Positions 29,151 to 38,871 of a DNA stretch of 64,000 nt are shown here, in pieces. Made by a program: the position numbers and the translations under genes. Every line of letters starts with the position of its first letter. The stretch's first letter is position 1. The DNA is from a virus. The DNA lies in the IMG/VR virus record IMGVR_UViG_3300025102_000018, positions 9,885-73,884 of that record; one strand, written 5' to 3'. The notes under the pieces are model-generated. The model was not told where the DNA came from and made no database searches. It was given only the letters and a program-made list of their open reading frames with translations.

Positions 29151-30527
29151 ATGTCAGATATATTAAGTAAAAACCCTCAATTAGAAGATGTTTTAAGAAA
29201 AGCTGTTGAGAGAGTGGGCACTCAAAACCATGCAAAAACACAAGATAACCAAGGTGCAGTCATTAGTAACGAAGGTAAAATAATGAACTATGCAGACTCC
29301 AAAGGTCAACATCCACACAGAATTGCCCAAAAAAGTGAAAAAGCTGGATTTAAAAGTGGGTGGCATAAAGTTCTTGGTGAACAAGAAAACAAAAATGATA
29401 AAACAGCTATAGATTTAGAAGTTGAAAGACAAAAAGAGATAAAAAAAATAAAAACAGAAGTTAACGGTCACCCTAAGTCAGCGGTTAAAAGAATGATAGA
29501 TGCCGTTAACAAGAAATATAAAAAACTAATAGACGCTGCAAAACAAAAAGAAAATTCTGACAATAAAGAAGAAGAAGTAGAGGAAGCTACAGGAAGTGGG
29601 AGTTCTGGTGCGTTTGTTGCACCAATGCAATGGAATGAAAGTGAAGTTGAATCCATAATGAAAAAAGTGGTTAAAGAAGAGGTAGCTAAAAACGTAATAA
29701 AGAACAAAGTAGAAAAAATAGTAGATGAAGAACTTGGAGAAACCGACTTATCGTACTCCAAACGACATATAGAAGGGGAAAAAGACCCATATAATTTTAG
29801 TTCTCAAGGACCTTTCCCTAATGTAGGTGAAGGAAGTGGATATAACTACGAATCAGGAGGGCCCTTACAATTTAACGAAAATGTTAAAGAAAAACTAAAA
29901 AATAGATTAGTAAACAAACTTAAAGAACAATATACAGAAAAACCCCTAAAGACACAGACAGGGTTTAAGGATGTTTCTGGATTTAAAAGTAATACAGCAG
30001 TTAAAACTTTTGATACTGCTCATAAAGAGGCTGGGAAAGAAGGTGCCGACTTTGTAAAATCGGTAAATAAAAAAATGAAAGACTATTTAGATATTGAAAA
30101 TAATAGTCATCCGGAGTTCCCACACCAAAATAATTCTAAAACAGATTATAAATCACCAATGTATAGAAACACACCTGAAGAAGAAGACTTTATTGATGAC
30201 TTTAGGGGTATGGGACTACAAGATGCTAATGGTGTTGAAAGTCTAGATAGGATTAGTGACTACTTAGGTGGAGCTATGGAAACTGGTAACGCTCAAGTAG
30301 ATAAAGATGGTAAAGCCTTGGGTAATGTGGTACCAAATAAGTTAGGAGACCGATTACAAAAAACTATGAAACGTAAAAAAGCTGCAATTGCAAAACAAAA
30401 ATCCAGTATGACTAATCTTAGAGGGTATACCCCGGATGTACAAAAAGTCACCCAGGTTAAAGAAGATGTGAAAAAAGATGTGGACAATATGAAAAAACTA
30501 TGGTCCTATACTGAAAAAACACAATGA
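29151..30527 (+). CDS. Hypothetical charged protein (probable prohead core/scaffold-like)
   Basis: K/E-rich, with EATGSGSSGAF and many [ILV]xE sites. ATATTTAT at 29127..29134. Confidence 0.55.
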   Translation: MSDILSKNPQLEDVLRKAVERVGTQNHAKTQDNQGAVISNEGKIMNYADSKGQHPHRIAQKSEKAGFKSGWHKVLGEQENKNDKTAIDLEVERQKEIKKIKTEVNGHPKSAVKRMIDAVNKKYKKLIDAAKQKENSDNKEEEVEEATGSGSSGAFVAPMQWNESEVESIMKKVVKEEVAKNVIKNKVEKIVDEELGETDLSYSKRHIEGEKDPYNFSSQGPFPNVGEGSGYNYESGGPLQFNENVKEKLKNRLVNKLKEQYTEKPLKTQTGFKDVSGFKSNTAVKTFDTAHKEAGKEGADFVKSVNKKMKDYLDIENNSHPEFPHQNNSKTDYKSPMYRNTPEEEDFIDDFRGMGLQDANGVESLDRISDYLGGAMETGNAQVDKDGKALGNVVPNKLGDRLQKTMKRKKAAIAKQKSSMTNLRGYTPDVQKVTQVKEDVKKDVDNMKKLWSYTEKTQ

Positions 30528-30577
30528 TAAACTTGTAATTTCCTTTACGAATTCTTCTCCATTAATATATTTTTAAT

Positions 30578-31057
30578 ATGGGAAGGAAAAAATTTACACC
30601 AAATCAATTTTTAAAATATGTTACTGAACAAGTAACAATGGAAGAAATGGACCTATGGTTAAGAGCACATAATATTAGTGCAGAAAAATCTGGTTTATTT
30701 TTTGATTTTATATGTTCCCTTTATTTACTTATACAAGACACTTTTTTAGGTGAAGATACTATTATTACCTTAGAAGATAAAAAAGGTCATTTTACATGGT
30801 GTTGGGAAAAAAATATTGATAATTTTTATCAGGAAAATATCCATTTTAAAATGAAAGGTGAACACTATGAATATTTTTGGAATTTTTTTAGTGAGTCTTT
30901 TTATAAAGATAGTGATAAAGAAAGTATAGAAAAAATGGATGTGTACCTAAATAGGTTATTTAAGTTGTTTATAAAAAAAACAAAAAATGAATTAGACGTA
31001 TTAGCAGACATATATAAAATATTAGATAAATCACTTATAGTTGACTCTCAACCATAG
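30578..31057 (+). CDS. Hypothetical protein
   Basis: 159-aa ORF. Confidence 0.65.
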   Translation: MGRKKFTPNQFLKYVTEQVTMEEMDLWLRAHNISAEKSGLFFDFICSLYLLIQDTFLGEDTIITLEDKKGHFTWCWEKNIDNFYQENIHFKMKGEHYEYFWNFFSESFYKDSDKESIEKMDVYLNRLFKLFIKKTKNELDVLADIYKILDKSLIVDSQP

Positions 31058-31089
31058 TTTATCTATAATTAATAAAAACTAGTAAAGGT

Positions 31090-31314
31090 ATGATTAATAG
31101 ATACATTGAAATATTCAAAAATAATGCGATTCTCACTAAACAAAAATTAGAATCAGAATTAGAAATGTTATTGAATGATAACACTATGGATATAGAAAAG
31201 AAAATAAAAAAAACAGAAAAAATAATTATAAAAATAAACGATATATCAAATGTATACACCACATTTGAATCGTACATAAACACAACTAAATTAGAAAAAA
31301 ATGGAAATACTTGA
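31090..31314 (+). CDS. Hypothetical protein
   Basis: 74-aa ORF in an operon-like run. Confidence 0.5.
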   Translation: MINRYIEIFKNNAILTKQKLESELEMLLNDNTMDIEKKIKKTEKIIIKINDISNVYTTFESYINTTKLEKNGNT

Positions 31315-31474
31315 AAAAATTTCAGAAGCTGTAGACTCTTTAAAAATGGATACAAATAAATTCTACACTAACAAAAATAAAAGTGCAGGAGTAAGAGCTA
31401 GAAAAACAGCACAGGCTTTAAAATCTTTAATGCAAGATTTAAGAAAAGATATATTAGAAAAATCTAAAGACTAA
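31301..31474 (+). CDS. Histone H1-like protein Hc1 (Bacteroidota-type small DNA-binding protein)
   Basis: Hand translation gives MEILEKISEAVDSLKMDTNKFYTNKNKSAGVRARKTAQALKSLMQDLRKDILEKSKD*, with the NKSAG.RARK signature. Not in the ORF track. Confidence 0.8.
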   Translation: MEILEKISEAVDSLKMDTNKFYTNKNKSAGVRARKTAQALKSLMQDLRKDILEKSKD

Positions 31475-31478
31475 TAAA

Positions 31479-31658
31479 ATGGAAGGATGGGTATATAATT
31501 TAATTTTTATATTTTGTTCACTAACTATGGTACACTACACTTATAAAGTGTCGGTTGCTATTTTTGCGGCTAACATTAGACCATTCACCCTAAATAATTA
31601 TGAAAAATTATTACTGGGTGTAAGTATGTCGTATTGGTTAACATTTTTAATATCATAA
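31479..31658 (+). CDS. Small two-TM membrane protein
   Basis: Hand translation gives MEGWVYNLIFIFCSL...LLLGVSMSYWLTFLIS*. It fills the gap between its neighbours. Confidence 0.55.
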   Translation: MEGWVYNLIFIFCSLTMVHYTYKVSVAIFAANIRPFTLNNYEKLLLGVSMSYWLTFLIS

Positions 31659-31661
31659 AAT

Positions 31662-32090
31662 ATGGGGTTATCACAAGAAATATCTAAATATGGTGAGTTT
31701 TTTCATAGTATTAGGACTCATGAAGGTACTTTTATGTTAGACTTAAAACTACCCTCTCACTGGGAGGTAGTAAAACTCATACAGTCTCTAGGTAGTGAAG
31801 TACAAACTAAAGTAAATGATAGTAATGAACAATTCCAGTTGATTACCTTTTATGGTGAAAAAAATGAAAATGGGATTATGATGGTAGAAAAAACAGTACA
31901 AGCTATGGTTAAATGGAATAAAGAAAATGAAGAAAAAAGAGATTTATTAGATACTAAAATGTTAGAGCTACAAAAAATATTTGAAGAAAACGAAGTATCT
32001 TCATTACGTTCATTAGCTTTTGATTTTTCCGATACAGATAAAGAACCGATTGAATCAACCGATAAAACTAATTTAAAGTTAGATGAGTAA
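31662..32090 (+). CDS. Hypothetical protein
   Basis: 142-aa ORF. Confidence 0.65.
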   Translation: MGLSQEISKYGEFFHSIRTHEGTFMLDLKLPSHWEVVKLIQSLGSEVQTKVNDSNEQFQLITFYGEKNENGIMMVEKTVQAMVKWNKENEEKRDLLDTKMLELQKIFEENEVSSLRSLAFDFSDTDKEPIESTDKTNLKLDE

Positions 32091-32286
32091 AAAAGGTGAC
32101 TTAGAGAGGTGGTTTGAACGAGAGATAGGGAAAGATAAAAGAGAACTAGTCTCTCACAAAAAACAATTTATAAAAGAAATTCAAAAATTTTCACGAGAAG
32201 AATTATTGGACCAAATTAAAACACCTAAAAAAATAAGTAAATGGCAGAAGATAAAAGACAAAATGAAGAGTTTCTTTCACAACTAG
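32083..32286 (+). CDS. Hypothetical protein
   Basis: 67-aa ORF with overlapping start/stop coupling. Confidence 0.55.
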   Translation: MSKKGDLERWFEREIGKDKRELVSHKKQFIKEIQKFSREELLDQIKTPKKISKWQKIKDKMKSFFHN

Positions 32287-32480
32287 CATCTATATCTCAA
32301 TCCTTTAATTTTATATCTAATAATATAAAAAATATAAGTATAGAGTTAGAGTTAGGTGAAGGGGTTTATTATAATTCTGTTAAAGAGGTCACTAACATCA
32401 CAAAGGTAATCTCTTCTGACTTAGATTCTAGATATATAGTTTATATAGATAATATTAAATTTACCATTATTAAGAGTTAA
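32241..32480 (+). CDS. Hypothetical protein
   Basis: 79-aa ORF. Confidence 0.5.
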   Translation: MAEDKRQNEEFLSQLASISQSFNFISNNIKNISIELELGEGVYYNSVKEVTNITKVISSDLDSRYIVYIDNIKFTIIKS

Positions 32481-33103
32481 TAGGTAAAATGTTTATATAA
32501 CATTTTTTTATCGAACCCCTTACCCACCAATACTTTATAGAGTTCTTTACGTTGAACGGTGCTTGTGTCAGGAACTAATAAACAATCACTTCTTCCATAT
32601 TGATATAAATGTTTTTTAATACAATCTAAAAATCTATGACTATCATCAGTAGTTTTAAGAGAAAATAAAAAATATTTATCGTTTTCTTGTACTACTAATT
32701 TATTGTTAAGTGTGAAAATATGTTTTATGTTTTTACTTTTAGTGTAAGTGGCAATAAAAGATTTAAAAAAAATACGTTTTTTAGTTTGATGGTCATAAAT
32801 TTTTTCTTCCATCCAATAGTCACTGAATTCGTGCAAAAAATAAGGAGAATAGTTTAAAACAACCTCAACATTTCTACCTAATTCATCTTTTTTATAAATT
32901 TTTGATTTACTCTCTACGGTACTTATCACACCTAACTCGAAAGAGGTCTTTTTTCTTTTTGTGTAATTAACAGGGAATATAGGCTTTTTTTCTTTGAGAA
33001 ATTTATTAAACTTAGAATAAATGTTTCTTTTTACGTTAGACGTAGCCAGAACTTTTTTAACATTATTATGCTGAATTAAAACTATTTTATATTTTTTTAC
33101 CAT
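32477..33103 (-). CDS. Hypothetical basic protein
   Basis: 208-aa ORF whose start codon abuts the dnaJ start. Confidence 0.65.
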   Translation of the reverse strand: MVKKYKIVLIQHNNVKKVLATSNVKRNIYSKFNKFLKEKKPIFPVNYTKRKKTSFELGVISTVESKSKIYKKDELGRNVEVVLNYSPYFLHEFSDYWMEEKIYDHQTKKRIFFKSFIATYTKSKNIKHIFTLNNKLVVQENDKYFLFSLKTTDDSHRFLDCIKKHLYQYGRSDCLLVPDTSTVQRKELYKVLVGKGFDKKMLYKHFTY

Positions 33104-34123
33104 ATGAAAGATTATTACAAAATATTAGGTATTAACACTACCGCAAGTCAAGAAGAAATAAAAAAAACTTATCGTAAACTTTCTAAAACCCATCACCCTG
33201 ATATGGGTGGGAATGAAAATAAGTTCAAAGAAATATCTGAAGCTTATGATACTCTGGGAAACGAATCAAAACGTAGAGAATATGATGATAAAAAAACTAA
33301 TCCTTTTAATCAATTTGGTGGGGGTGGCCCAGGTATGGATGATATCTTTAATAGTTTTTTTAATCAAACACAACAACAACAAAGACCTACTCCTAGACAC
33401 GGTAAAGATTTAAATCTAAAAATACATGTAACCTTAGAAGACATATATTTCTCCAAAGAAAAAAAGATAAAATACAGTAGAAAAAAAAGATGTTTTAGTT
33501 GTAATGGTACTGGAGGAGAATGGAATTTGTGTGGTAAATGTAATGGACAAGGTAGGATACAAATGATGACAGGGAATAATTTTTTTAGAAATATACAATC
33601 CGTAACCTGTCCTTCTTGTAATGGTAAAGGTAAAACTCCTAAAAATTTATGTGGGACTTGTGTAGGTCATGGACTTAGAGCGGAGGAACAAATTTTTAAA
33701 TTTAAACTACCACCAGATATTAAACCAGGACAAAGAATGAGTTATCCTGGATATGGGGACGAATCACCCCAAGGTAATCAAGGAAACCTTTTTGTAGAGA
33801 TAAGGTTAAGTCACAACCAAACGTTTGAATTAGAGGGTAAAGATATAATTTATACAGCTAATATTAGTCCACTAGACATGTTATTAGGTACTGAAATTAT
33901 TATACCCCATTTTGATGGGTCAGTAAAAATAGATATTCCCTCATTAGGAGATTCAGATAAGGTTTATCAGTTAAGAGGTAAAGGAATGAAAGAAATGGGT
34001 GAGTGGCCTGGTAACCTATTAGTTAAGTTAAAAATTGTAAACCCTAAAAATATAACCGAGGAACAGATTGAAGTTTTACATAAATTACAACAAGAGGGTA
34101 ATTTTAAAAAAGTGAAAGAATAA
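33104..34123 (+). CDS. dnaJ: Chaperone DnaJ
   Basis: J-domain with HPD, a G/F region, four CxxCxGxG repeats and a C-terminal domain. Confidence 0.95.
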   Translation: MKDYYKILGINTTASQEEIKKTYRKLSKTHHPDMGGNENKFKEISEAYDTLGNESKRREYDDKKTNPFNQFGGGGPGMDDIFNSFFNQTQQQQRPTPRHGKDLNLKIHVTLEDIYFSKEKKIKYSRKKRCFSCNGTGGEWNLCGKCNGQGRIQMMTGNNFFRNIQSVTCPSCNGKGKTPKNLCGTCVGHGLRAEEQIFKFKLPPDIKPGQRMSYPGYGDESPQGNQGNLFVEIRLSHNQTFELEGKDIIYTANISPLDMLLGTEIIIPHFDGSVKIDIPSLGDSDKVYQLRGKGMKEMGEWPGNLLVKLKIVNPKNITEEQIEVLHKLQQEGNFKKVKE

Positions 34124-34271
34124 AATCCTTCACCATATAAAATAATTTTTCTAGTCCCATAACCCATGGGATTAGAATAAAAATCACCCCCAGAGTAACA
34201 AAAATTATTTTACTATTATCACTAGTATTATTCATAACACTTTTTTTGTTTTTACAATTTTTACATCCCAT
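34104..34271 (-). CDS. Small protein with an MGCKNCK N-terminus and a TM helix
   Basis: Hand translation gives MGCKNCKNKKSV...IIFVTLGVIFILIPWVMGL...SLF*. Confidence 0.5.
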   Translation of the reverse strand: MGCKNCKNKKSVMNNTSDNSKIIFVTLGVIFILIPWVMGLEKLFYMVKDFILSLF

Positions 34272-34358
34272 GTTAAAAATATAGTAAAAAAAAATACAAT
34301 ATAAACTGGCTATTTAATTTTTTTTTCGTATAATTGTAGTGTAATTAAAAAAAATAAA

Positions 34359-34571
34359 ATGGGATATAATATTATAAAAAAAATGAAAGATAAGACTGGG
34401 AAAACCGTTCATATCTTAATGACAGATGGATTAAGTCAGATACTAGAACTTAAAAGTGAAAAAAAGGCAAAAAAAATGATAAAAGTCTTTAATGAAAACT
34501 CTGATAGTGGTTGGGTGTATGAATTAAGACACTCACCTTGTCCTAACGAAACTGATTATCCTTTAGAATAA
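34359..34571 (+). CDS. Hypothetical protein
   Basis: 70-aa ORF. Confidence 0.6.
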   Translation: MGYNIIKKMKDKTGKTVHILMTDGLSQILELKSEKKAKKMIKVFNENSDSGWVYELRHSPCPNETDYPLE

Positions 34572-34581
34572 AATAAATAAT

Positions 34582-35112
34582 ATGGAAAAATTACAATATA
34601 AAATAAAAAATGGCCCTAGAGTAGAATCTAGTAACCAATTCATCATGAGAGACGGGACAATAGTAGCTATTTTCCAGGGGTTTAGAGGTGAAAACCCTGA
34701 CCTGGATTTTATAGTAAAATATAAAGAACCTGATAAGAGATTAAGAACTCCTTCACATACTCATTGGATTGTAGACCTAATTGTTAAAGGTGAAGTACAC
34801 CCCTTAGAAACACTGGATTTAGTTAAAGACCTAATTCAAATCTACGATAACGTTAATCCATTTGAAACCAAAAAAGAGAGAGATACTTATGAATTAACGT
34901 ATTCTCTAGATTTAATAGAAAAATATTCTGGTTTAAATAATACCGGCTCTCTATCTATAGAACTTATAGGTACTCTGGTAGAATTGTTTTCTAAGTGTGA
35001 AAAACAAACTAGTGGGGCATTTATGTTTAAAAGTATGTTGACTCTAACACAAGACTATTTTGAAGGTAAAAAAGACTACTACCAAGTAATAGGGACATCA
35101 AAAAGAGTATAA
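34582..35112 (+). CDS. Hypothetical protein
   Basis: 176-aa ORF with an RLRTPSHTHWIVDL motif. Confidence 0.65.
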   Translation: MEKLQYKIKNGPRVESSNQFIMRDGTIVAIFQGFRGENPDLDFIVKYKEPDKRLRTPSHTHWIVDLIVKGEVHPLETLDLVKDLIQIYDNVNPFETKKERDTYELTYSLDLIEKYSGLNNTGSLSIELIGTLVELFSKCEKQTSGAFMFKSMLTLTQDYFEGKKDYYQVIGTSKRV

Positions 35113-35226
35113 AATGGCAGAATTAGTAGGACAAATATTAGGTATTATGTGGGTGGTGATGTGTGTTTCTAGTGCGTTGTATTTCTTTATAAAATATCTT
35201 ATATTAAAATATAAAGACCCTAAAAT

Positions 35227-36393
35227 ATGAATGAACAATTAAACTTATTTAACACGGAAGAAGAATTTAACTTTGAGGAGATGAAACAAAAACTCATCGA
35301 TAATCTTGATATGCTTAAAGAGATGACAGTCCAAGAACAAACTCTTTATAAAAAATGGCAAGAAATGAATAAAGGTGGGAAAATGAGTAAAATAAAAAAG
35401 AAACTCCTATCCTACCAAAAAAATCTATGGAAACCCACGGATATTTATAATGTAGAAGAAACTATACAGGAAATAGAAGACCTAGAACCCTATGTGGAAA
35501 TAGCTACACAGGGTAAAGGAGTTACGGAGTGGGTAAACTATCGTAAACTTATTCATACAATGGAATGGGTTGCAAATCCGGGTAGAAATATGAAATTCTG
35601 GGTTAGGGATAGAAAAACCCAAAAAGTTCTTGGTTTAATCTGTTTGGGTTCTGATGTAACAAGTATTAAAGCCAGAGACGCTTATATAGGTTGGGATAAA
35701 ACCAATAAATTCGACCAACACAAATTAAATAATACAGCGATAGCTACTACTATCTGTTCCACACAACCAGGTGGTTATAATATGTTAATGGGTAAGTTAG
35801 TAGCGGCATTAACTACTTGTAAAACAATTAGGGATGCTTGGGAAGAAAAATATGGTGATAAGTTAATCGCTGTAGGTACTACTTCATTATATGGGATAAA
35901 TTCTATGTATAATGGAATGCCACATTTTAAGACCATGGGTGAGACTACTGGACAAGTAAGATTAAAACCAGATGATAAAGTTTATTTACCTTGGAATACT
36001 TGGTTAAAAAAGAATCACCCTGAAGAACATCATAAAGCAATAAACGCTACAGGACCTAAACAAAATATACTTAATAAAGTTTTTAAACATTGTGGTATAA
36101 AAGCTTCCACTTATGACCATGGATTTAAAAGAGGTGTTTATTTAGCTATGATGTATGATAATGGAAATGAGTTTCTAAGAGGAGAAGTGGAAGAAAGTAA
36201 CTTAAAAATGAAACAAAAATTTATAGATGACGTAGAATATACTTGTCGATGGTGGAAACCAAAAGCGATTCGTAGGTATAAAAATCTTACCACCCAACAA
36301 CGAATCAAGAAAGAACAGTTATTTTATTGGGATGTAATAGACATGTCTTGGCAGTCAACTAAAGAAAATTATATTGGGGAGGTAGGGAGATAA
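35227..36393 (+). CDS. DUF4338 / Druantia DruA-like protein
   Basis: PGRNMKFWVRD...LGLICLGS.V..I.ARD.YIGW, GKLVAAL, TTSLYG..S.Y and G.T.G motifs. Confidence 0.75.
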   Translation: MNEQLNLFNTEEEFNFEEMKQKLIDNLDMLKEMTVQEQTLYKKWQEMNKGGKMSKIKKKLLSYQKNLWKPTDIYNVEETIQEIEDLEPYVEIATQGKGVTEWVNYRKLIHTMEWVANPGRNMKFWVRDRKTQKVLGLICLGSDVTSIKARDAYIGWDKTNKFDQHKLNNTAIATTICSTQPGGYNMLMGKLVAALTTCKTIRDAWEEKYGDKLIAVGTTSLYGINSMYNGMPHFKTMGETTGQVRLKPDDKVYLPWNTWLKKNHPEEHHKAINATGPKQNILNKVFKHCGIKASTYDHGFKRGVYLAMMYDNGNEFLRGEVEESNLKMKQKFIDDVEYTCRWWKPKAIRRYKNLTTQQRIKKEQLFYWDVIDMSWQSTKENYIGEVGR

Positions 36394-36405
36394 AAAATAT
36401 AAAGA

Positions 36406-36615
36406 ATGAAAAAAGATAAATTAATACACACACAACATCTAAGTAATAGTGTTGTGGAAGTGTACATGACAAGAGATAAGGAGAAAGTGTACCAAATAAA
36501 ATGCTTAACCAATAATAGATGTAGAAAATATATTTTTGATGTCAATGGGTATATTGACCACAAAAAAATTGGGTACGAAAAAGTAAAACAAGAACTAGAA
36601 AATTTGGTAAACTAA
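36406..36615 (+). CDS. Hypothetical protein
   Basis: 69-aa ORF. Confidence 0.5.
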   Translation: MKKDKLIHTQHLSNSVVEVYMTRDKEKVYQIKCLTNNRCRKYIFDVNGYIDHKKIGYEKVKQELENLVN

Positions 36616-36634
36616 TATAAATTTCTTATCTTTG
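36603..36634 (+). promoter_or_regulatory. Bacteroidota-type promoter (TTTG-N20-TATCTTTG)
   Basis: Matches the -33/-7 consensus and lies 4 nt before the ATG at 36639. Confidence 0.65.
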
Positions 36635-36638
36635 TAGT

Positions 36639-36860
36639 ATGGAAACACAAGACAATATAGATATAAAAGAATTCAAAAGATGGATTACAAATAACATATA
36701 TCTTATTTTAAACAGTAGGCAAACAATATTGTTTAAAGAAATGAAAATGTCTTTTGAAGATATTAAATTATTTGGAAAAGAGAGTAATGTGAGAGGATAT
36801 TACAAACTACACCAAAACAGGTTTCGAAAGAACCAACTTAACTGGATAACAAATTATTAA
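36639..36860 (+). CDS. Hypothetical protein
   Basis: 73-aa ORF. Confidence 0.5.
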   Translation: METQDNIDIKEFKRWITNNIYLILNSRQTILFKEMKMSFEDIKLFGKESNVRGYYKLHQNRFRKNQLNWITNY

Positions 36861-36881
36861 TCTTAAAAAAAATAGTAAAAA

Positions 36882-37166
36882 ATGGGTGCAAGCACAACAA
36901 TGGAAAAAAGAGGTCATCATATCTGTAAAATGGTGAACTATGAAGTAAGACAAAAAATTACAAAAGAGACATCAAAAAGAATTGGCGGTAAACTAGTTAA
37001 AACCCCAGGAAACAGTGAGGTGATGATTTATAAAAGAAAAAGTAAGATTGAGGGTGGGATGACTGATATAAAATTAGCAGCTCAAAAAGTTTATAATATC
37101 CTTAAAAAAGAAGGAAAAAATCAACTAGTAGATAAAAAATTAATTAGAAGATATAGTTTGGTTTAA
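36882..37166 (+). CDS. Hypothetical basic protein
   Basis: 94-aa ORF followed by a terminator. Confidence 0.6.
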   Translation: MGASTTMEKRGHHICKMVNYEVRQKITKETSKRIGGKLVKTPGNSEVMIYKRKSKIEGGMTDIKLAAQKVYNILKKEGKNQLVDKKLIRRYSLV

Positions 37167-37170
37167 CTTT

Positions 37171-37197
37171 AACCCCGATTAGTCGGGGTTTTATTTT
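37171..37197 (+). terminator. Rho-independent terminator
   Basis: aaccccga-ttag-tcggggtt hairpin followed by a T-rich tail. Confidence 0.8.
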
Positions 37198-37225
37198 ATC
37201 TTTAGAATATTTATAAACAAAAGAA

Positions 37226-38485
37226 ATGGCACTACAGTTTACTGACATATTAACTAACATCATTTTAGAACAATCTAGAGAAGAGGTTCTACTAAAGAAA
37301 TTTACCCAACCTAAAAAGAAGGGTAAAAAACCTTTAATGTCTAAAGACGAGTTTTATATGTTAGTTAAAGCAGACCCTACTACTAGGGTTGATAGTGATG
37401 GTGAAGACGATGAGTCGGAAGTAAAAAAGGTAGGGGCATATGCACAATGGTTAATTAAACAATATATGTCACTACAACAAGAGGCAGACAAACACTATGC
37501 CTACGGTAGTCCAGATTGGGATGGTAAGTTAGCACAACTTAAAGATACATTCCAAGAAGACTTGTATAAAGTAACCGAAGACCTACAAAAATTTCATAGA
37601 TTTAAGTCTAGAGTATCAAAGGATAAAAGAGACATTAATAAAATATCTAGTCCAGATGAATTATATGATTTAACAAAAGGTTTTTCATTAGAACAAGCGA
37701 CTACTACTAAAGCCGAAAGAGTTTTAAAGGATGCGGAATTAGTTTATGATGGGACTAATTGGGAGGTTTTAATTCCTAAATCTAAAGAAGCTTCATGTCA
37801 TTATGGTTCAGGTACTAGATGGTGTACAGCTGGTAGTACTTCTAATTACTATGACCATTATTCTAAACAAGGACCTTTGTATATTATGGTTAGTAAGAAA
37901 GACCCTAGTGACAAATACCAGTTCCATTTTGAATCTAATCAGTATATGGATAAAGAGGATAGACAAGTAAATTTACCTACATTCTTAAATGAGAGACCAG
38001 AACTTAAAGAATTCTTTAAAGAAATGTTTAAAAGATTTTTAAGTAAAGACCAAAAACAAGGTAAAAGAGTACAAGTAAGATATCCTAGTGATTCTGTGTC
38101 AAAATATATTGGGATTTACGGTTTTGATGAATTTATGGAAAGTTTACCCCAAGACCTAGAAAGGTTTGATTTTGAACATGGGGGTGGATATGGAAACCAG
38201 GAAAAATTACCATCAAGACCTTTACCAGAAAGATTCACTAAATTTCCTAATTTAAAAATATTACACATAGAAGGATTACTAAATGAGATTCCTGAAAGTA
38301 TTGGTAATCTTAAGAATCTTAAATTTTTATCTTTAGCTAAAAATCCTGAATTAAAATCACTTCCAGACTCATTAGCAGACCTGGAACAGTTAGAAGTTAT
38401 TAATTTAAAAGATTCACCTAACGTTAAGGTTGGTCCTAGATTACAAGAAAAAGATGATTCCGAAGATTTGATTATTATTAGATAA
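37226..38485 (+). CDS. Modular protein: ASC.YG.GT.WC domain plus C-terminal leucine-rich repeats
   Basis: Leader ...NIILEQ, ASCHYGSGTRWCTA, and LRRs (EIPESIGNLKNLKFLSL, SLPDSLADLEQLEVINL). ATATTTAT at 37207..37214. Confidence 0.75.
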   Translation: MALQFTDILTNIILEQSREEVLLKKFTQPKKKGKKPLMSKDEFYMLVKADPTTRVDSDGEDDESEVKKVGAYAQWLIKQYMSLQQEADKHYAYGSPDWDGKLAQLKDTFQEDLYKVTEDLQKFHRFKSRVSKDKRDINKISSPDELYDLTKGFSLEQATTTKAERVLKDAELVYDGTNWEVLIPKSKEASCHYGSGTRWCTAGSTSNYYDHYSKQGPLYIMVSKKDPSDKYQFHFESNQYMDKEDRQVNLPTFLNERPELKEFFKEMFKRFLSKDQKQGKRVQVRYPSDSVSKYIGIYGFDEFMESLPQDLERFDFEHGGGYGNQEKLPSRPLPERFTKFPNLKILHIEGLLNEIPESIGNLKNLKFLSLAKNPELKSLPDSLADLEQLEVINLKDSPNVKVGPRLQEKDDSEDLIIIR

Positions 38486-38504
38486 TTTTTTGTATATTTG
38501 TTAT

Positions 38505-38813
38505 ATGAATGTAGATGTATTAATATATGTGAATAATCTTAAAGAGTTTTTTAAAAACGATGAACAAGCATTTAAAGATATGTTTGGGACGCTAGATATA
38601 GATAAAGAATTATATTTTAAAAGACTCGAAGAGGTTGCAACCCAAAATTTTGAAGAAAAGGGGGAACCCACACTATCAACTACTCAGATGTTTGGTGTAG
38701 TACAAGAATTAATAACATCCCTTCCCCAAAACTCAGGATTTGAGTTACCCCCCGAGATAAAGGGTATTTTTGTACATGTGAAAGACGGATACCCACCAAT
38801 TTGCCTAAACTAA
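38505..38813 (+). CDS. Hypothetical protein
   Basis: ORF preceded by TATATTTG at 38493..38500. Confidence 0.6.
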   Translation: MNVDVLIYVNNLKEFFKNDEQAFKDMFGTLDIDKELYFKRLEEVATQNFEEKGEPTLSTTQMFGVVQELITSLPQNSGFELPPEIKGIFVHVKDGYPPICLN

Positions 38814-38819
38814 TTACGA

Positions 38820-38838
38820 TTTAGATTGACAATCTAAA
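38820..38838. promoter_or_regulatory. Perfect palindrome TTTAGATTG-A-CAATCTAAA overlapping a TTGACA box
   Basis: 9-bp arms with a 1-nt spacer, at the head of the metabolic gene cluster. Confidence 0.5.
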
Positions 38839-38871
38839 AACACCTTATTATTTTTAAAATAAAAATTTATT

